Positions 32,994 to 43,774 are shown, numbered from the stretch's first letter. The stretch is DNA of 64,000 nt from Pirellulales bacterium (GCA_963845975.1 CAWJUD010000002.1:781646-845645); one strand, 5' to 3'. The notes: generated by a model from the sequence alone, not told the origin. A program made the numbers and translations.

Positions 32994-33366
32994 GACAGCG
33001 ACTCCTCGATAATAAGAGGTTTATTAAGATAACGCTCGAAAAACATCTGTGGCTGGGAAAAAAACACCCCGCGCTCAGTGACATCCATTATAATTCCCCC
33101 GTGGTGGACATTCAATCAGTCGGAATACCGATCAGTAGGGGGGGCAATCCGGATCGCGGGGAAATGCAGGCCAATGGGACAAGAAGCGTCGCACACAACT
33201 CTCGCCACTGGAGAAACATTCGGCGGGAATAGGGAATGGGAAACCGCGGTTAAAATCTTCAACGTTTGATGCGAATGGTTATATGCCTGAACGACCAATA
33301 GTAACGTAATACGCCCCGCAAAGCAAGCCGCTCAGCAGTGGCGCCAATGGATAATAGGTTCCTAAT

Positions 33367-36177
33367 CTAATGTGGCGGCGTAGCATATTTGGAAGGGATG
33401 GGTGCATTCAGGATACTCGACTGAGAGGCGCTGTGAGAATTCAACCAATCTTCAATTTTTATGCTCCACGCCGTCTGATTTTTGGATCGAGCAATGCTCA
33501 AAGCCTTCTGAGCCGCGGCAATAGCTTCTGTAGATTGGTGCGTCTTTGTATAGGCCGACGCCAGATTCACATAGGCTTCGATAAAGTCGGGGTTGAACCG
33601 CAGTGCTCGTATGTAATTATCAATTGCCTCCTGAGGCCGACCCATGTTGACGAGTTCATTTCCCAGGTTATAGTAGGCCTCGGCAAAGTCGGGTTGTAGC
33701 TGAACAGCGCGCTCATAGTGTTTGATCGCCTCAGGTATCTTTCCCAAGGAGCCCAAAGCAACGCCCAAGTTGTTGTGGGCGCGCGGATTATATTGGCATT
33801 TATCAACCGTATCCTGCCAAATCGCAATTTCCGACCGATAATCATAATTTCGCATTACAGTGCCGTACCCCAAGGCTATTACCACTGCCCCCAGCACAAC
33901 CACCGGCGCCACCCAATGCACTACACTTCCACGAAGCCTATCTCTCACTAGATCCGTCAGCAGCATTTCCCACAACTCGTAATTTCCCACAACTACGAAG
34001 ACCACTACCGCTGCCAACGATAGATACACGCGATGATCAAAAGCCGGGTCCAATGTGGGCACAAAAAATGAAGTGGGTGATAAAATAAAAAAGAACCACG
34101 CAAGTAGGAATCCCAGAACTGGGCGTTTCACCAGCGCCCAAGCCATCAGGCCGAGCAGACCGATAGTTAACATTATCGCTGGCAGGACTTCAGCAAGAGT
34201 TTTGGCAGGCGGCAACTGCCCATAATCCAGACACAAGCCCGAGGGCCACAACGAAAGGTTAAGGTAATGGATGATCACGCCCGTTTGTGTCAACAAATAA
34301 CGACTCCAATTCCACGTGAGTTGCTGCGTAGCAAAACCAGTAGTAGGGTTAGGCAAGGCAGTCGGGGTCAATAACCACCTCAGCAACCTCCACTTGGTGA
34401 GCCGCCATACCGGCAGCCCTAACGTTGCCGCCAAGCCGAGATATAATCCCCAACGCCGCTTCCAAGCCTCCCGGAATGATCCAGCCAAAAAAGTACGGTC
34501 GTAAAGTAAAACCATGAACGGAGCCGAAACCATCACTTCCTTCGTGCCCATCCCCAGCAGGCATGCCATTACAGCCCCAAGGTACCAAAGAAACACTCTC
34601 CTTGACGTAGCTCCGCGAAGCACGCAATACAGTGTCAGTAGATAAAACAATCCCATCAATGACTCTGCCCGCTGGACCACATACGTCACCGCTGATGTTT
34701 GCAATGGATGGACCGCCCAAATCAACGCTACTGCAAGTCCGAGAAATAACGCCCTTGAACCAAGCAGATCCCGGAGAATGGGTAAAAGCAACGTCCGCCG
34801 CACGATTCCGAACAACACCAAAGCCGCCATCACATGGATGGCCAAGTTTATCAGGTGATAGCCCCAAACGTTGGTTCCACATAGGGCATAGTTGATCGCT
34901 AAAGACAGGTTAAGTATCGGTCGGCCTGAAACAGTTGGCGCCCATGGCGGCGATAGCGCCCGCCAAAGCGGCCAAAGATGGCGGATACTCGGGTTCTCCA
35001 ATATGGCGTATGTGTCATCCAAGATGAATGGCCCCTCGAAACTATTGTGATAAGCCGCGCATACCGCCACTATAATCAGGCCCGCCCCCAGCAATACCCA
35101 CCGCGAAGATGCCGGCCTAAACGACTCGTCTGTCTCGGGAGAAGCGGTTGCTTGTACCACGGGGACGTCGGCAGTATGCCTTGCTTTCCTCCGAACCAGG
35201 TAGTCTACGGTCCCGGCAAGTACGCCAAGGCTCATAACAATCTGATCGAAAAAAAGCACTACGATCCCACATAGTGCAAAGCGGAATCCCTGCTGCTGAG
35301 CCAGATACCAGAGGAATTTCGCGTTTAGGGCTATCGAGGCTGCAAGAAAAATGCCCGGAAACCAGGAGGAAAGCGAACCCAGGGCACATGCCAGCATAGT
35401 GCCCAATGTTACCATGGCCAGACCTAGTCCTGCGATTTGGGTAAGGCTTGCGTGTGCAAACCGGCCTTTTTTTAGCAGTTTTCCCAAACTGAAACGTTCC
35501 AGGAAAATATTGGCCCAGGTATAAGGGATCAAGAAATCGTTCCGATAGAATGACAGAAGCGAGTATTCCTTTAAATGAGTCGCCTTGAGTTCATTACAGT
35601 AGATAATCGCAGTCCCGGTCGAGCTGAGGCGCAAGCCCAATTCCGTGTCTTCTCCCCTTTGGGTTTCCAAAAACTTTACGAAGGATGACCTTCTAATCGC
35701 TGCGACGGAAGTGAACAGGAAGTCAATCCGATTAGGAAGATTGGAAAATATATAGGACATGTAACAATTCTTGTACCGGGAGAAGTATCCCTTGACCGGG
35801 GCACTGGCGTCCAAGCGACCGTTAATGGCTCCCGCCTCGGGTTTTTGCCGAAACATTTCGGCCACCAATTTCAGTCCATCTTTTGGGATGACAACATCTG
35901 AATCGATGAAGACTAATACATTTCCTTTTGCTTGGAGGGCCCCCACATTCCTGGCCGCGCCCGGCCCGGCAGAATTCGGGAGGTCGATGACCATGGCGCC
36001 ATGATCGAGTGCAATTTGACGCGTCTCATCAGTACTAGTGGCGGCCACTACGATGATTTCCAAAGGTGGCAATGACGACTCTCGGATCGCCTTGAGACAA
36101 CTCCCTATGGTACGTGCGGAGTTGCAAGCGGGTACAATCACGCTGATAGACATCTCACCACAACCAGCAACGGTCAC
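33367..36177 (-). CDS. GT2 glycosyltransferase fused to a polytopic membrane domain and C-terminal TPR repeats
   Basis: ISVIVPACNSARTI...DSD GT-A N-terminus; more than ten TM helices; C-terminal AEAYYNLGN-type TPRs. Confidence 0.7.
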   Translation of the reverse strand: MTVAGCGEMSISVIVPACNSARTIGSCLKAIRESSLPPLEIIVVAATSTDETRQIALDHGAMVIDLPNSAGPGAARNVGALQAKGNVLVFIDSDVVIPKDGLKLVAEMFRQKPEAGAINGRLDASAPVKGYFSRYKNCYMSYIFSNLPNRIDFLFTSVAAIRRSSFVKFLETQRGEDTELGLRLSSTGTAIIYCNELKATHLKEYSLLSFYRNDFLIPYTWANIFLERFSLGKLLKKGRFAHASLTQIAGLGLAMVTLGTMLACALGSLSSWFPGIFLAASIALNAKFLWYLAQQQGFRFALCGIVVLFFDQIVMSLGVLAGTVDYLVRRKARHTADVPVVQATASPETDESFRPASSRWVLLGAGLIIVAVCAAYHNSFEGPFILDDTYAILENPSIRHLWPLWRALSPPWAPTVSGRPILNLSLAINYALCGTNVWGYHLINLAIHVMAALVLFGIVRRTLLLPILRDLLGSRALFLGLAVALIWAVHPLQTSAVTYVVQRAESLMGLFYLLTLYCVLRGATSRRVFLWYLGAVMACLLGMGTKEVMVSAPFMVLLYDRTFLAGSFREAWKRRWGLYLGLAATLGLPVWRLTKWRLLRWLLTPTALPNPTTGFATQQLTWNWSRYLLTQTGVIIHYLNLSLWPSGLCLDYGQLPPAKTLAEVLPAIMLTIGLLGLMAWALVKRPVLGFLLAWFFFILSPTSFFVPTLDPAFDHRVYLSLAAVVVFVVVGNYELWEMLLTDLVRDRLRGSVVHWVAPVVVLGAVVIALGYGTVMRNYDYRSEIAIWQDTVDKCQYNPRAHNNLGVALGSLGKIPEAIKHYERAVQLQPDFAEAYYNLGNELVNMGRPQEAIDNYIRALRFNPDFIEAYVNLASAYTKTHQSTEAIAAAQKALSIARSKNQTAWSIKIEDWLNSHSASQSSILNAPIPSKYATPPH

Positions 36178-36245
36178 TTCTGATGCTCCCTTTTTAAACT
36201 CCCGGCCGGCTTTTCCGAGAGAATATCAAACCAGCCCTTGGTCAA

Positions 36246-37709
36246 CTACGCCTTGGGATCGCCGCCAAGCGCTACTAGTCCGACCTCGTGATAGTAAGTA
36301 TCGGCGTTCACGTTCCATATGTCGTTTTTCTCTTGCAGTAAGAGGTTGCGAGCGGCTAGTATTCCCGTCAACATGGCATGATCCTGGTTGTCATATCGGT
36401 GGAGCCCCCCTCGACCTATGGGATAAAAGTTTTTAAACCCGTCCAGGAATTTCTTGAGAATCGACATCGCATGAGCATAGTTGGAATCGTACACGGGATA
36501 GGCCTTTGCCAATCGATACACTCGGCCATCCTCAATCGTGGCGCTGTTCGCAATTCCGATTTGGTCCAACTCGCGCTTGGCAAGCGCAATTAGTTCCTTG
36601 TCATCGGAGTTCCACAGATCGTCGCCCTTGCTGCAGAAATACTCGAGCCCGAGGCAAGTCTTGCTTGTATCGGGAACCATGTCAGTGCTCCAATTCTTGA
36701 AATTCTGTATCCGTGCGACTCTGACCGTCGGATCATGCACGTAGATCCACTGGTCGGAGAACAAATGCTCTTGACCGACGACGAGGCAGACAACGAGAAA
36801 GTCGCGGTATTTTAACATCCGCGCCGCTGCTAGTATCTCGGATGGCGCCGGCGGGTCCAGCTTCTCAATGAACTCGATTAAGGGAATGCTAGAGAGAAAC
36901 GCGTTCCCCTGAATCAAATCCTGGTCTTCATTACGGCGGACCACAATGCCGTCGATGCTATCGCCCGTTCTCTGGATCCGGACTGCGTCGCTATCCAGAA
37001 AGACTGATCCTCCGCAACGTTCAATGCGCTCCCGCATCGCGCGCCACATCATGCCTGGGCCAAGGCGGGGATAATCGAATTCGTTAATCAGGGTCCTGAC
37101 TCTGTTTTTTCGTCTGCCTAACATTTCGAAGACGGCCGTTTTCAGGGACAGTCCCCGGATGCGTTGGGCAGCCCAGTCGGAAGTCAGCTCCGCGCATGGA
37201 ATTCCCCAGACTTTTTCCGTGTATGTCTTGAAGAAAGTAAGAAACAGCCGCCTGCCAAAACGGTTTGTCACCCACTTCTCGAACGTGTTTTCGGGATGAT
37301 AAGGAAACAGCTGCCATCGCACATAGCTTAGACAAATCAATAGACTTTCTAACGGCCCCAGACCCAGAAATGCATTCCACGGTTTCAGCGGGTAATGGAA
37401 CAGCTTCTGTTGATAATAAATCCTCGAAAGACGAGTACGGCGGATCAAATCGCTTCCCAGCACTTCGCACCACATGGCATTCACTTCCTGCGACTTCGTG
37501 AAGAAGCGATGCCCGCCCATGTCAAAGTAGTACCCTCTGTGATTCTCCGTTCTGGCAAGTCCCCCAACCGTATGCGATTTTTCTAGAACGGTCGGTTTGA
37601 CGGCGTGCTTTGTCAATTCGTACGCCGCGGCAAGCCCTGCCGGTCCGGCGCCGATAATCACAAAGTGTTTGTAATTATCCATGCGCAATACTCCAGATTC
37701 TCGTGTCAT
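36246..37709 (-). CDS. FAD/NAD(P)-binding oxidoreductase (amine-oxidase / desaturase-like)
   Basis: FVIIGAGPAGLAAAYEL Rossmann GxGxxG at N-terminus, 487 aa. Confidence 0.7.
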   Translation of the reverse strand: MTRESGVLRMDNYKHFVIIGAGPAGLAAAYELTKHAVKPTVLEKSHTVGGLARTENHRGYYFDMGGHRFFTKSQEVNAMWCEVLGSDLIRRTRLSRIYYQQKLFHYPLKPWNAFLGLGPLESLLICLSYVRWQLFPYHPENTFEKWVTNRFGRRLFLTFFKTYTEKVWGIPCAELTSDWAAQRIRGLSLKTAVFEMLGRRKNRVRTLINEFDYPRLGPGMMWRAMRERIERCGGSVFLDSDAVRIQRTGDSIDGIVVRRNEDQDLIQGNAFLSSIPLIEFIEKLDPPAPSEILAAARMLKYRDFLVVCLVVGQEHLFSDQWIYVHDPTVRVARIQNFKNWSTDMVPDTSKTCLGLEYFCSKGDDLWNSDDKELIALAKRELDQIGIANSATIEDGRVYRLAKAYPVYDSNYAHAMSILKKFLDGFKNFYPIGRGGLHRYDNQDHAMLTGILAARNLLLQEKNDIWNVNADTYYHEVGLVALGGDPKA

Positions 37710-38250
37710 TTACGAGAACGCCATTAAGATATTCCGTTTCTACCTGTTCGTAGCCGATGGATCAAGATTTCGTTCGCAAAAGAGATTCTAGAAGTTGCCA
37801 GCAGAATTTATTGCACGAATATACACCGCTAACCTTCTGAAACCGACGCTTCGGCAACCGTGTTACGAGCTGTTCCCGATCACAACTTACTGGTGTTCGA
37901 ATCACCATCAAAATAATGGCAAAATGACTCATTGACATTCAAACACCAGCACAAATCGGGTATTCAACCCAAACCACACCTTCGTTAATTTATTTGATCC
38001 AAATCGATAAATCAATCCCCCCAGGAATGTTATTAATTGAGGTGTGTGAATCTTCGGATTTTTCATGACTCGCATCTCGCAGACAATTGATCTTTAGCCC
38101 GATGCCTGTTAGCATAGTAATTACTCGTCGTTGTGGTGGTGTATCCTTGTTCTTTGTTTGGACTTGTTGAAACCAATAGGGTGGCCTCCATGGCCAGAAG
38201 TCGCAAGATGTATTCCATGCTGAGCGCTCGGCCGGAGATCGAGCTTCTCC

Positions 38251-39405
38251 TTGCCTGCGCGGACCACTATTGACGCGGATTGGTCTCAACGAATTCAAAC
38301 GCTGCTACGGATAGATCTGGATTGGACATTTCTAATCTCGATGGCATACCGGCACAAGCTCATACCGCTCTTGTATCGGCACCTCAGTAGAATAGGCGCC
38401 GGAATTGTTCCTAAGGACATACTTGATCAACTACGAACCTATTTCCAGAAGAACGTTTGCCGCAGTCTTCTTCTCACTCGTGAACTTCTCAGACTACTCA
38501 AGCTCTTTGAAGAGCACAACATTCCCGCCGTTCCTCTTAAAGGACCGGTGCTGGCGGAAACGGTCTACGGCAATGCTTCGTTTCGGCAGTTCGTAGATCT
38601 GGACATCCTCGTCCATAGGAATGATGCCTTGACGGCCAAGAATCTACTAGCTTCACAAGGCTACCTTCCGCTGGACTCCCAGACTGACGCCGAGGCCGCC
38701 GACACTCTTGGATTGGTACCGGAGCATCACTTTTCTTGCATGCGTGACAGCCAGGTTTTCATCGAGCTTCACTGGAGGAGCGATCCGCCCTTGTTTTCCT
38801 TGTCCCTCGAGTCCGAATACTTGTGGGAACGCCTTGTGCCAATACCGTTTGCCGGCACGAAAGTGCTCGGCTTTCCCTCGACGGATCTGCTCTACATGCT
38901 CTGCGAGCACGGGGCCAGGCACTGCTGGCAACAATTGAGCTTAATCTGCGATGTGGCCGAACTCGTTCGTGATCCGCTATGTATAAATTGGAAACAGGTC
39001 TTGGAGCAAGCGAAAAAGACGGGCGGTCAGCGGATACTCTTTCTCGGCCTTTTTATGGCATGGGATCTCCTGGGAGCAGCCCTTCCGGAAAAGGTATTAC
39101 GCATGACACAGACCGACCCTATGGTAAAAGTTATTGCCAGGAAGGTGTACAAAGGATTTCTTCAGGAGAATTACGCCCCCCAGGGCCCTGTGGAAACGCT
39201 GCTTTTTTGGATCAAGGTGAGGGAACGCTTGAGTGATCAAATCCGAATGTGTATCCTTGCATTGGCCCCTGGCATATACGATCGATCCTTTGTGACATTA
39301 CCAAAGTCGTTGTCTTTCCTCTATTACTTGATCCGGCCGATCCGGTTATTTTGGCAGTATGAACTTGGCCCGTTGAGAAGTTACCTTAAGACGTTACTTT
39401 CGTAA
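38251..39405 (+). CDS. Uncharacterised-family nucleotidyltransferase (NTP_transf_5-like), RiPP-cluster associated
   Basis: 384 aa; PLKGPVLAE...FVDLDILVH nucleotidyltransferase motif; convergent with the maturase operon. Confidence 0.6.
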   Translation: MPARTTIDADWSQRIQTLLRIDLDWTFLISMAYRHKLIPLLYRHLSRIGAGIVPKDILDQLRTYFQKNVCRSLLLTRELLRLLKLFEEHNIPAVPLKGPVLAETVYGNASFRQFVDLDILVHRNDALTAKNLLASQGYLPLDSQTDAEAADTLGLVPEHHFSCMRDSQVFIELHWRSDPPLFSLSLESEYLWERLVPIPFAGTKVLGFPSTDLLYMLCEHGARHCWQQLSLICDVAELVRDPLCINWKQVLEQAKKTGGQRILFLGLFMAWDLLGAALPEKVLRMTQTDPMVKVIARKVYKGFLQENYAPQGPVETLLFWIKVRERLSDQIRMCILALAPGIYDRSFVTLPKSLSFLYYLIRPIRLFWQYELGPLRSYLKTLLS

Positions 39406-39505
39406 TCCATCATGAATGATGCGGCTTCGACGCATCAAGTCATATGTCTGCCGTCTTCGAGCTAAGCGACCTTTGCCCTTTCGTCGCGTGGCTGACCGAA
39501 CTCCC

Positions 39506-39997
39506 CTAGCGCTCACCGATGTCATGTCTCCATTGCTGCAGCCGCCGTAGCGCCACTCTTCCACTTCGCCATATCCGACCAGCCGGCCGGAGCAGCCATA
39601 AACTCCAAGGCGCACAGCGCATCCATATCAATATGGCAAGACGCCACGCGCCGCAATCGAAGACACGGACGCGCCCTCTGTGGTAGGAAACAATTGCCTT
39701 GCCCAAAACGTCGCGTTGGGTAAACGGTCCCTCGGAATCTCGCTGCGAGTCGCCGCGTAGAAAGAACTCGTCGCCGTCGATTTTTACGACGCGGTGTAAA
39801 ACGTAGCAATCTTCCAGATGACACACAAGGATCATGTCGCCAAACGACGGCCGAGAGCGCATTGATTCAAGTTCCACCACGTCGCCGTCGTAAATGAATG
39901 GCTCCATGCTCCTGCCGGTGACGGTCAGGCGCACGCGCTGGCCGCGCTCCAGTGCAGCGCGAATGACGGGCATCAGTTCGCGGCTGGGGACATTCAT
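39506..39997 (-). CDS. S24/S26 (LexA/signal-peptidase-like) serine peptidase, candidate leader peptidase
   Basis: TVTGRSMEPFIYDGDVV...LHRVV...VLGKAIV; paralogue of 51234-51821; start overlaps the upstream maturase stop. Confidence 0.6.
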   Translation of the reverse strand: MNVPSRELMPVIRAALERGQRVRLTVTGRSMEPFIYDGDVVELESMRSRPSFGDMILVCHLEDCYVLHRVVKIDGDEFFLRGDSQRDSEGPFTQRDVLGKAIVSYHRGRVRVFDCGAWRLAILIWMRCAPWSLWLLRPAGRIWRSGRVALRRLQQWRHDIGER

Positions 39998-42171
39998 AGC
40001 ACCGACCTCACGAGCGAAACCACCTCGGGCTCCGGGCGGCAGCGGAGGCGATAGACCGGCACACGCGCCAGAATCGCGTCGAGGTTTGCCATTGCACGCT
40101 GCATGAGCGCTCGATCCCAGTAAGGCAGAAACGCACGGGCGAGCAGCAACGGCGCAGAGGCGGAGGGGGAGAGCCGGTGGATTTCATTCTCAGGCGCTTG
40201 TTCCAGCAGGATGAGAGCGAAGAGCGGCGCACGATAATTGAGGGCTATGTTGGCGGTGCCGGCCCAAGGCGTGCCGTAGCACTCCGCACCGCTGGCTTTC
40301 GGTCGTACGGCGATCCGGTCGTCGTTCATCGCAATCACGCCGGCGAACTGACTCCACAAGCTCGCTTGTGTGCTCTTGCCCACACCGGAGTGTCCGACAA
40401 AGACTATGCCGCGCCCGTTGTCGTCAATTCCGGAGGCGTGGAAAAACAGGCCGTCCGTCAAAAGTATCTTGGTGCGCAGAATCAGATCACCTGCCCAGAA
40501 GTTAAGCAGACTCATCCAGGTTGGGCCGTCCCGCTGTTCGGTCAGTGTCAGGTCGTCCCACGCGGCGTTGGCCCGCAGCACTCCTTGCACGTTTTCGCTC
40601 TTATAACTGAATGCGGAGTAGTACGCCTGGGCCTCACGATACATCCGCCAGATGGAGCCCGGACTGTAGATCAATTCACCGTATGGGGATGGCGCTCGAG
40701 TGCTCTCTTCCCAGTCAAGCGACAGTCGCGCAATTGGATCCTCCGGCGCACCAACAAAAGAGCCAAACCACTTTTCGATTCCCATATCAGCGGCCGAAAG
40801 TGGACTATGCACCTCGATCAGAATATCGGCGATAGTAATAGGGATGTTATGCTGGCTGCTCATAATAATTCTTTGCGCCCGAGCTATTTGACACAGATAC
40901 GGTACTGGTTCGGTCAGTGTGTTTGTTTCTGTCAGCGACCATCCCGGGCAGCGCTTGCAGTAGACTCGCGCATCGCAGGAAAGACAAACGGATGCGATGC
41001 GCAACGAATCAACATATTCCTTCACTTGTTCCCATGCCACCGCGAAGCCGACCTCCAAGGGCTTGGCAGCAGGTCGCGGCAGGGATAGACAAGCATTTAT
41101 TTCTCCCGCTGGATTGATGGCAAAGTGCGCTTTACCGCATAGGCAGTGGAAATTGTAGTCACCGGCTGTGGCGTATCCCATGAGTGTGACATCGCTCCAT
41201 TCGTCGGCGGAGATACGATCAGTCGATTCAAGTTTGATACAGTCCTGTACAGACAGGCGGCATTTCTCAACCTCGGAAGGGGTGCCGTCGGGCCGCTTAC
41301 CGAGCAGCCAGTTCCCTGAAAAAGGCACACCCCAGTTGTGCGCCATCTGTCGCATCGCTTCCAGTTCGCCCACATTTTGTCGAGTGATAGTGATCTTCAA
41401 TTCTAGAGGCACGCGGCGCTTGATGAGTGATTCGATCCCGGCGCAACAGTGTGTGTAACTGCCGATCACGCCGGTAACTGCCTCGTAGGTGGCGGCTGTC
41501 GCGCCGTAAAGGGTTATAGTAGTGCAGTTGGGCGGAGCTTGGGCAAGGCGCTCTGCTACTGCCTCACTGATGAGCGTGCCATTGGTGCGGACAGCGATCA
41601 GCAACCCCAAGCGGGTGAGCGGCTCAAAGATTTCAAAAAAGTCGGGCCGCAAAAAGACCTCACCTCCAGTGAGGATCAAGAAGAGCATGCCATGACCCAC
41701 TGCTTGGTTGGCCAGAGACAACCATGCTGCCGCCGGCAGTTCCTTTGCCCGTCGCGCTACGTCATCAGCCGGATGCCGTACGGCGCACATTCGGCAAGCG
41801 AGGTTGCAGCGGGTAGTCAGCTCAAAACTGGCGCTGATAGGCTGACGGCGATCACTGGCGCGCCTGAAAAGTTCATCCGTCAGTGGACCATATTGGGTGG
41901 GAAGCGTGCTCATGCCAAAAGACCCATGCGCAAGTTCGTCCACAAAATTCCGAACATCGACGGCTGCATGTTCTACATCCACATCAAACCGCTCTGCCAT
42001 GCTGTTTGCCAGATAGTCTGCGGAACATTCTTCTGCAAGGAGGGACCAGATAAAGCACCCCGTGTTATTCAGAATCACCATGCCGTTGAGATCCATGACC
42101 CGTGATCCCAGAGGCACCAGCAGATTCTCACCGCTTATATTATGCAGCAGAAGATCATCATTGCGTTTCAT
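39994..42171 (-). CDS. Tri-domain fusion: PqqD-like RRE + radical SAM/SPASM peptide maturase + HprK-related kinase domain
   Basis: N-terminal LLVPLGSRVMDLNGMVILNNTGCFIW (PqqD-like); CNLACRMC radical SAM cluster with SPASM cysteines (CLCGKAHFAINPAGEINAC...CLSCDARVYCKRCPGW); C-terminal GIVFVGHSGVGKSTQASLW P-loop resembling the HPr kinase C-domain. Confidence 0.75.
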   Translation of the reverse strand: MKRNDDLLLHNISGENLLVPLGSRVMDLNGMVILNNTGCFIWSLLAEECSADYLANSMAERFDVDVEHAAVDVRNFVDELAHGSFGMSTLPTQYGPLTDELFRRASDRRQPISASFELTTRCNLACRMCAVRHPADDVARRAKELPAAAWLSLANQAVGHGMLFLILTGGEVFLRPDFFEIFEPLTRLGLLIAVRTNGTLISEAVAERLAQAPPNCTTITLYGATAATYEAVTGVIGSYTHCCAGIESLIKRRVPLELKITITRQNVGELEAMRQMAHNWGVPFSGNWLLGKRPDGTPSEVEKCRLSVQDCIKLESTDRISADEWSDVTLMGYATAGDYNFHCLCGKAHFAINPAGEINACLSLPRPAAKPLEVGFAVAWEQVKEYVDSLRIASVCLSCDARVYCKRCPGWSLTETNTLTEPVPYLCQIARAQRIIMSSQHNIPITIADILIEVHSPLSAADMGIEKWFGSFVGAPEDPIARLSLDWEESTRAPSPYGELIYSPGSIWRMYREAQAYYSAFSYKSENVQGVLRANAAWDDLTLTEQRDGPTWMSLLNFWAGDLILRTKILLTDGLFFHASGIDDNGRGIVFVGHSGVGKSTQASLWSQFAGVIAMNDDRIAVRPKASGAECYGTPWAGTANIALNYRAPLFALILLEQAPENEIHRLSPSASAPLLLARAFLPYWDRALMQRAMANLDAILARVPVYRLRCRPEPEVVSLVRSVL

Positions 42172-42483
42172 GTTATCTCCAAGTTGTTAGTGTTTCTGCA
42201 ATCGTATGGCCACTTCAAACACCGCGACTCCAACGTGGGATTACAATAGTTGTAGATTTGCTCAGCATGGGTTAGTTGCCATGGTAACGAGTTTAGAAGT
42301 CATGTAAACAATTTTATGCAGTCTTTTAATCAATACTTGATTGAAGATACGAACGAACCATATAAAATTAGACCGTTTTCACCGAAAACATCAATAATCT
42401 CATGCCGGTTATCAACCCAAATAAACGCCAGCAAAGAGTTTCTTCTCCATCTTAAGGGAGGTTTCCTATATCTCGATATCACG

Positions 42484-42627
42484 GTGGATGGGGTCAATCA
42501 GGTTGATAACTAGCAAAAAGTCTCTCTTCTATCCTGAGAGGAACAAAGGTTGCCTTGGGCGGCTCATAGGGCTGTTTGGGGCTCGGCTGCTCTTCATTTT
42601 GCTGGATGACTTCTTTTGGATCATCCG
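42484..42627 (-). CDS. 47-aa Pro/Glu-rich peptide sharing an ATGA junction with the upstream PqqD-like gene; candidate precursor
   Basis: MKNPDDPKEVIQQNEEQPSPKQPYEPPKATFVPLRIEERLFASYQPD; ATG overlaps the upstream stop (acATGAaaa); SD-like aaggga 10 nt upstream; below the 60-aa ORF-track cutoff. Confidence 0.4.
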
Positions 42628-42920
42628 GGTTTTTCATGTTTGTTTCCCTTTCAGTTGAGTTATGTGTAGACTCAGTTCGCTCGCATTGGCGAGGAGGTTG
42701 GTGAAAGCGCGGTCGACTTCCGTTACGAAGTCATCCACAGTGTGCTCCCGTACATCCTCTTCCACACGGCTATGCCCATAGGGTTGATTCCTACTACGGA
42801 GTCGCACCTGTAAGGATTAAACAAGACAGCACAATCGTCGAACTCTTCCCTCAGCACCACCAACGGATTAGCCAACGGTTTTTCAGACTTACTTGTTTGC
42901 ATAACAGAATCCTGATTCAA
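42624..42920 (-). CDS. PqqD-family peptide chaperone (RRE), with a 1-nt deletion frameshift relative to its degenerate paralogue at about 52.5 kb
   Basis: NPLVVLREEFDDCAVLFNPYRCDSVVGINPMGIAVW PqqD pattern; C-terminal part continues in the -1 frame (VDDFVTEVDRAFTNLLANASEL) up to the TGA that overlaps the next ATG. Confidence 0.55.
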
Positions 42921-43112
42921 TAATTGGGGTCACCCCGAAGAGAACCGACGTTAGTCGCGGCTTACAAACACTGCCTCCATGACTAGAGCCAGAAAGACGA
43001 TTAGAAATCTATCATGTCTATAGGAAATGTATATAACCCGGTACAAAACAATGTAGTTATTTTGAAAATAAGCCTGTTGGGGGGGGGCTCTCGAAGAATT
43101 GGCCCAATCGGG

Positions 43113-43412
43113 TTAGGGGCTGATTATGTGTACCGGAATCTGCAGTTCCCATGTACAGGTACGAGTATGTGTACTTCTATGCCGACAACACTCGCCATGA
43201 CCGGCTCGCTTGTCCACCCACTCTGGGCTCCTCTTGTAATGTTTTGCCTTGGTCAATTCGTCTGCCTTGGCCTCCAACAACGTATTGAGCATCTCTTCCA
43301 CCGAGTCCCACACCAAATTGCCCAGGTAGTTCGTTACCTCCTCTTCTTCCTCATTTACCTTATACAATCCCGAAAACTTCTTACATCTGGCATTTTCTGT
43401 CACACTGCTCAT
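43113..43412 (-). CDS. Hypothetical acidic protein with Cys/His/Thr-rich C-terminus (GHGECCRHRSTHTRTCTW)
   Basis: ORF only; possible second precursor type. Confidence 0.3.
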   Translation of the reverse strand: MSSVTENARCKKFSGLYKVNEEEEEVTNYLGNLVWDSVEEMLNTLLEAKADELTKAKHYKRSPEWVDKRAGHGECCRHRSTHTRTCTWELQIPVHIISP

Positions 43413-43774
43413 GGCAGTCTCTTCTGTTGGTAAAGGTTGAGTTTTATTAACATTTTTGTGCGCATGTTTACTATTGGTATTTTTTTGGTATCATTGGATA
43501 TTATAAATCGCTATTTTTAAAGGGAGCTTTCAACCTCGGATTCGGCAACTTCACCGCAACCTTAATATATGTAAGGCGATTTGGTGAATGACATAGCAAT
43601 GCGTATCTTAACCGGTCCGTAGGTTAAGCACTTACCACATTTGTTTTGTCCGCCTTCCGAATGGTTTGTTTTTCAAAAAACACATTAGTGACCGTACTTG
43701 GTTTGTGCGCTTAACTATCTGCCATCTACTATGAGCTATTCGGTTGCGACTGTTAGGCCGCACTAGGATTTTCC

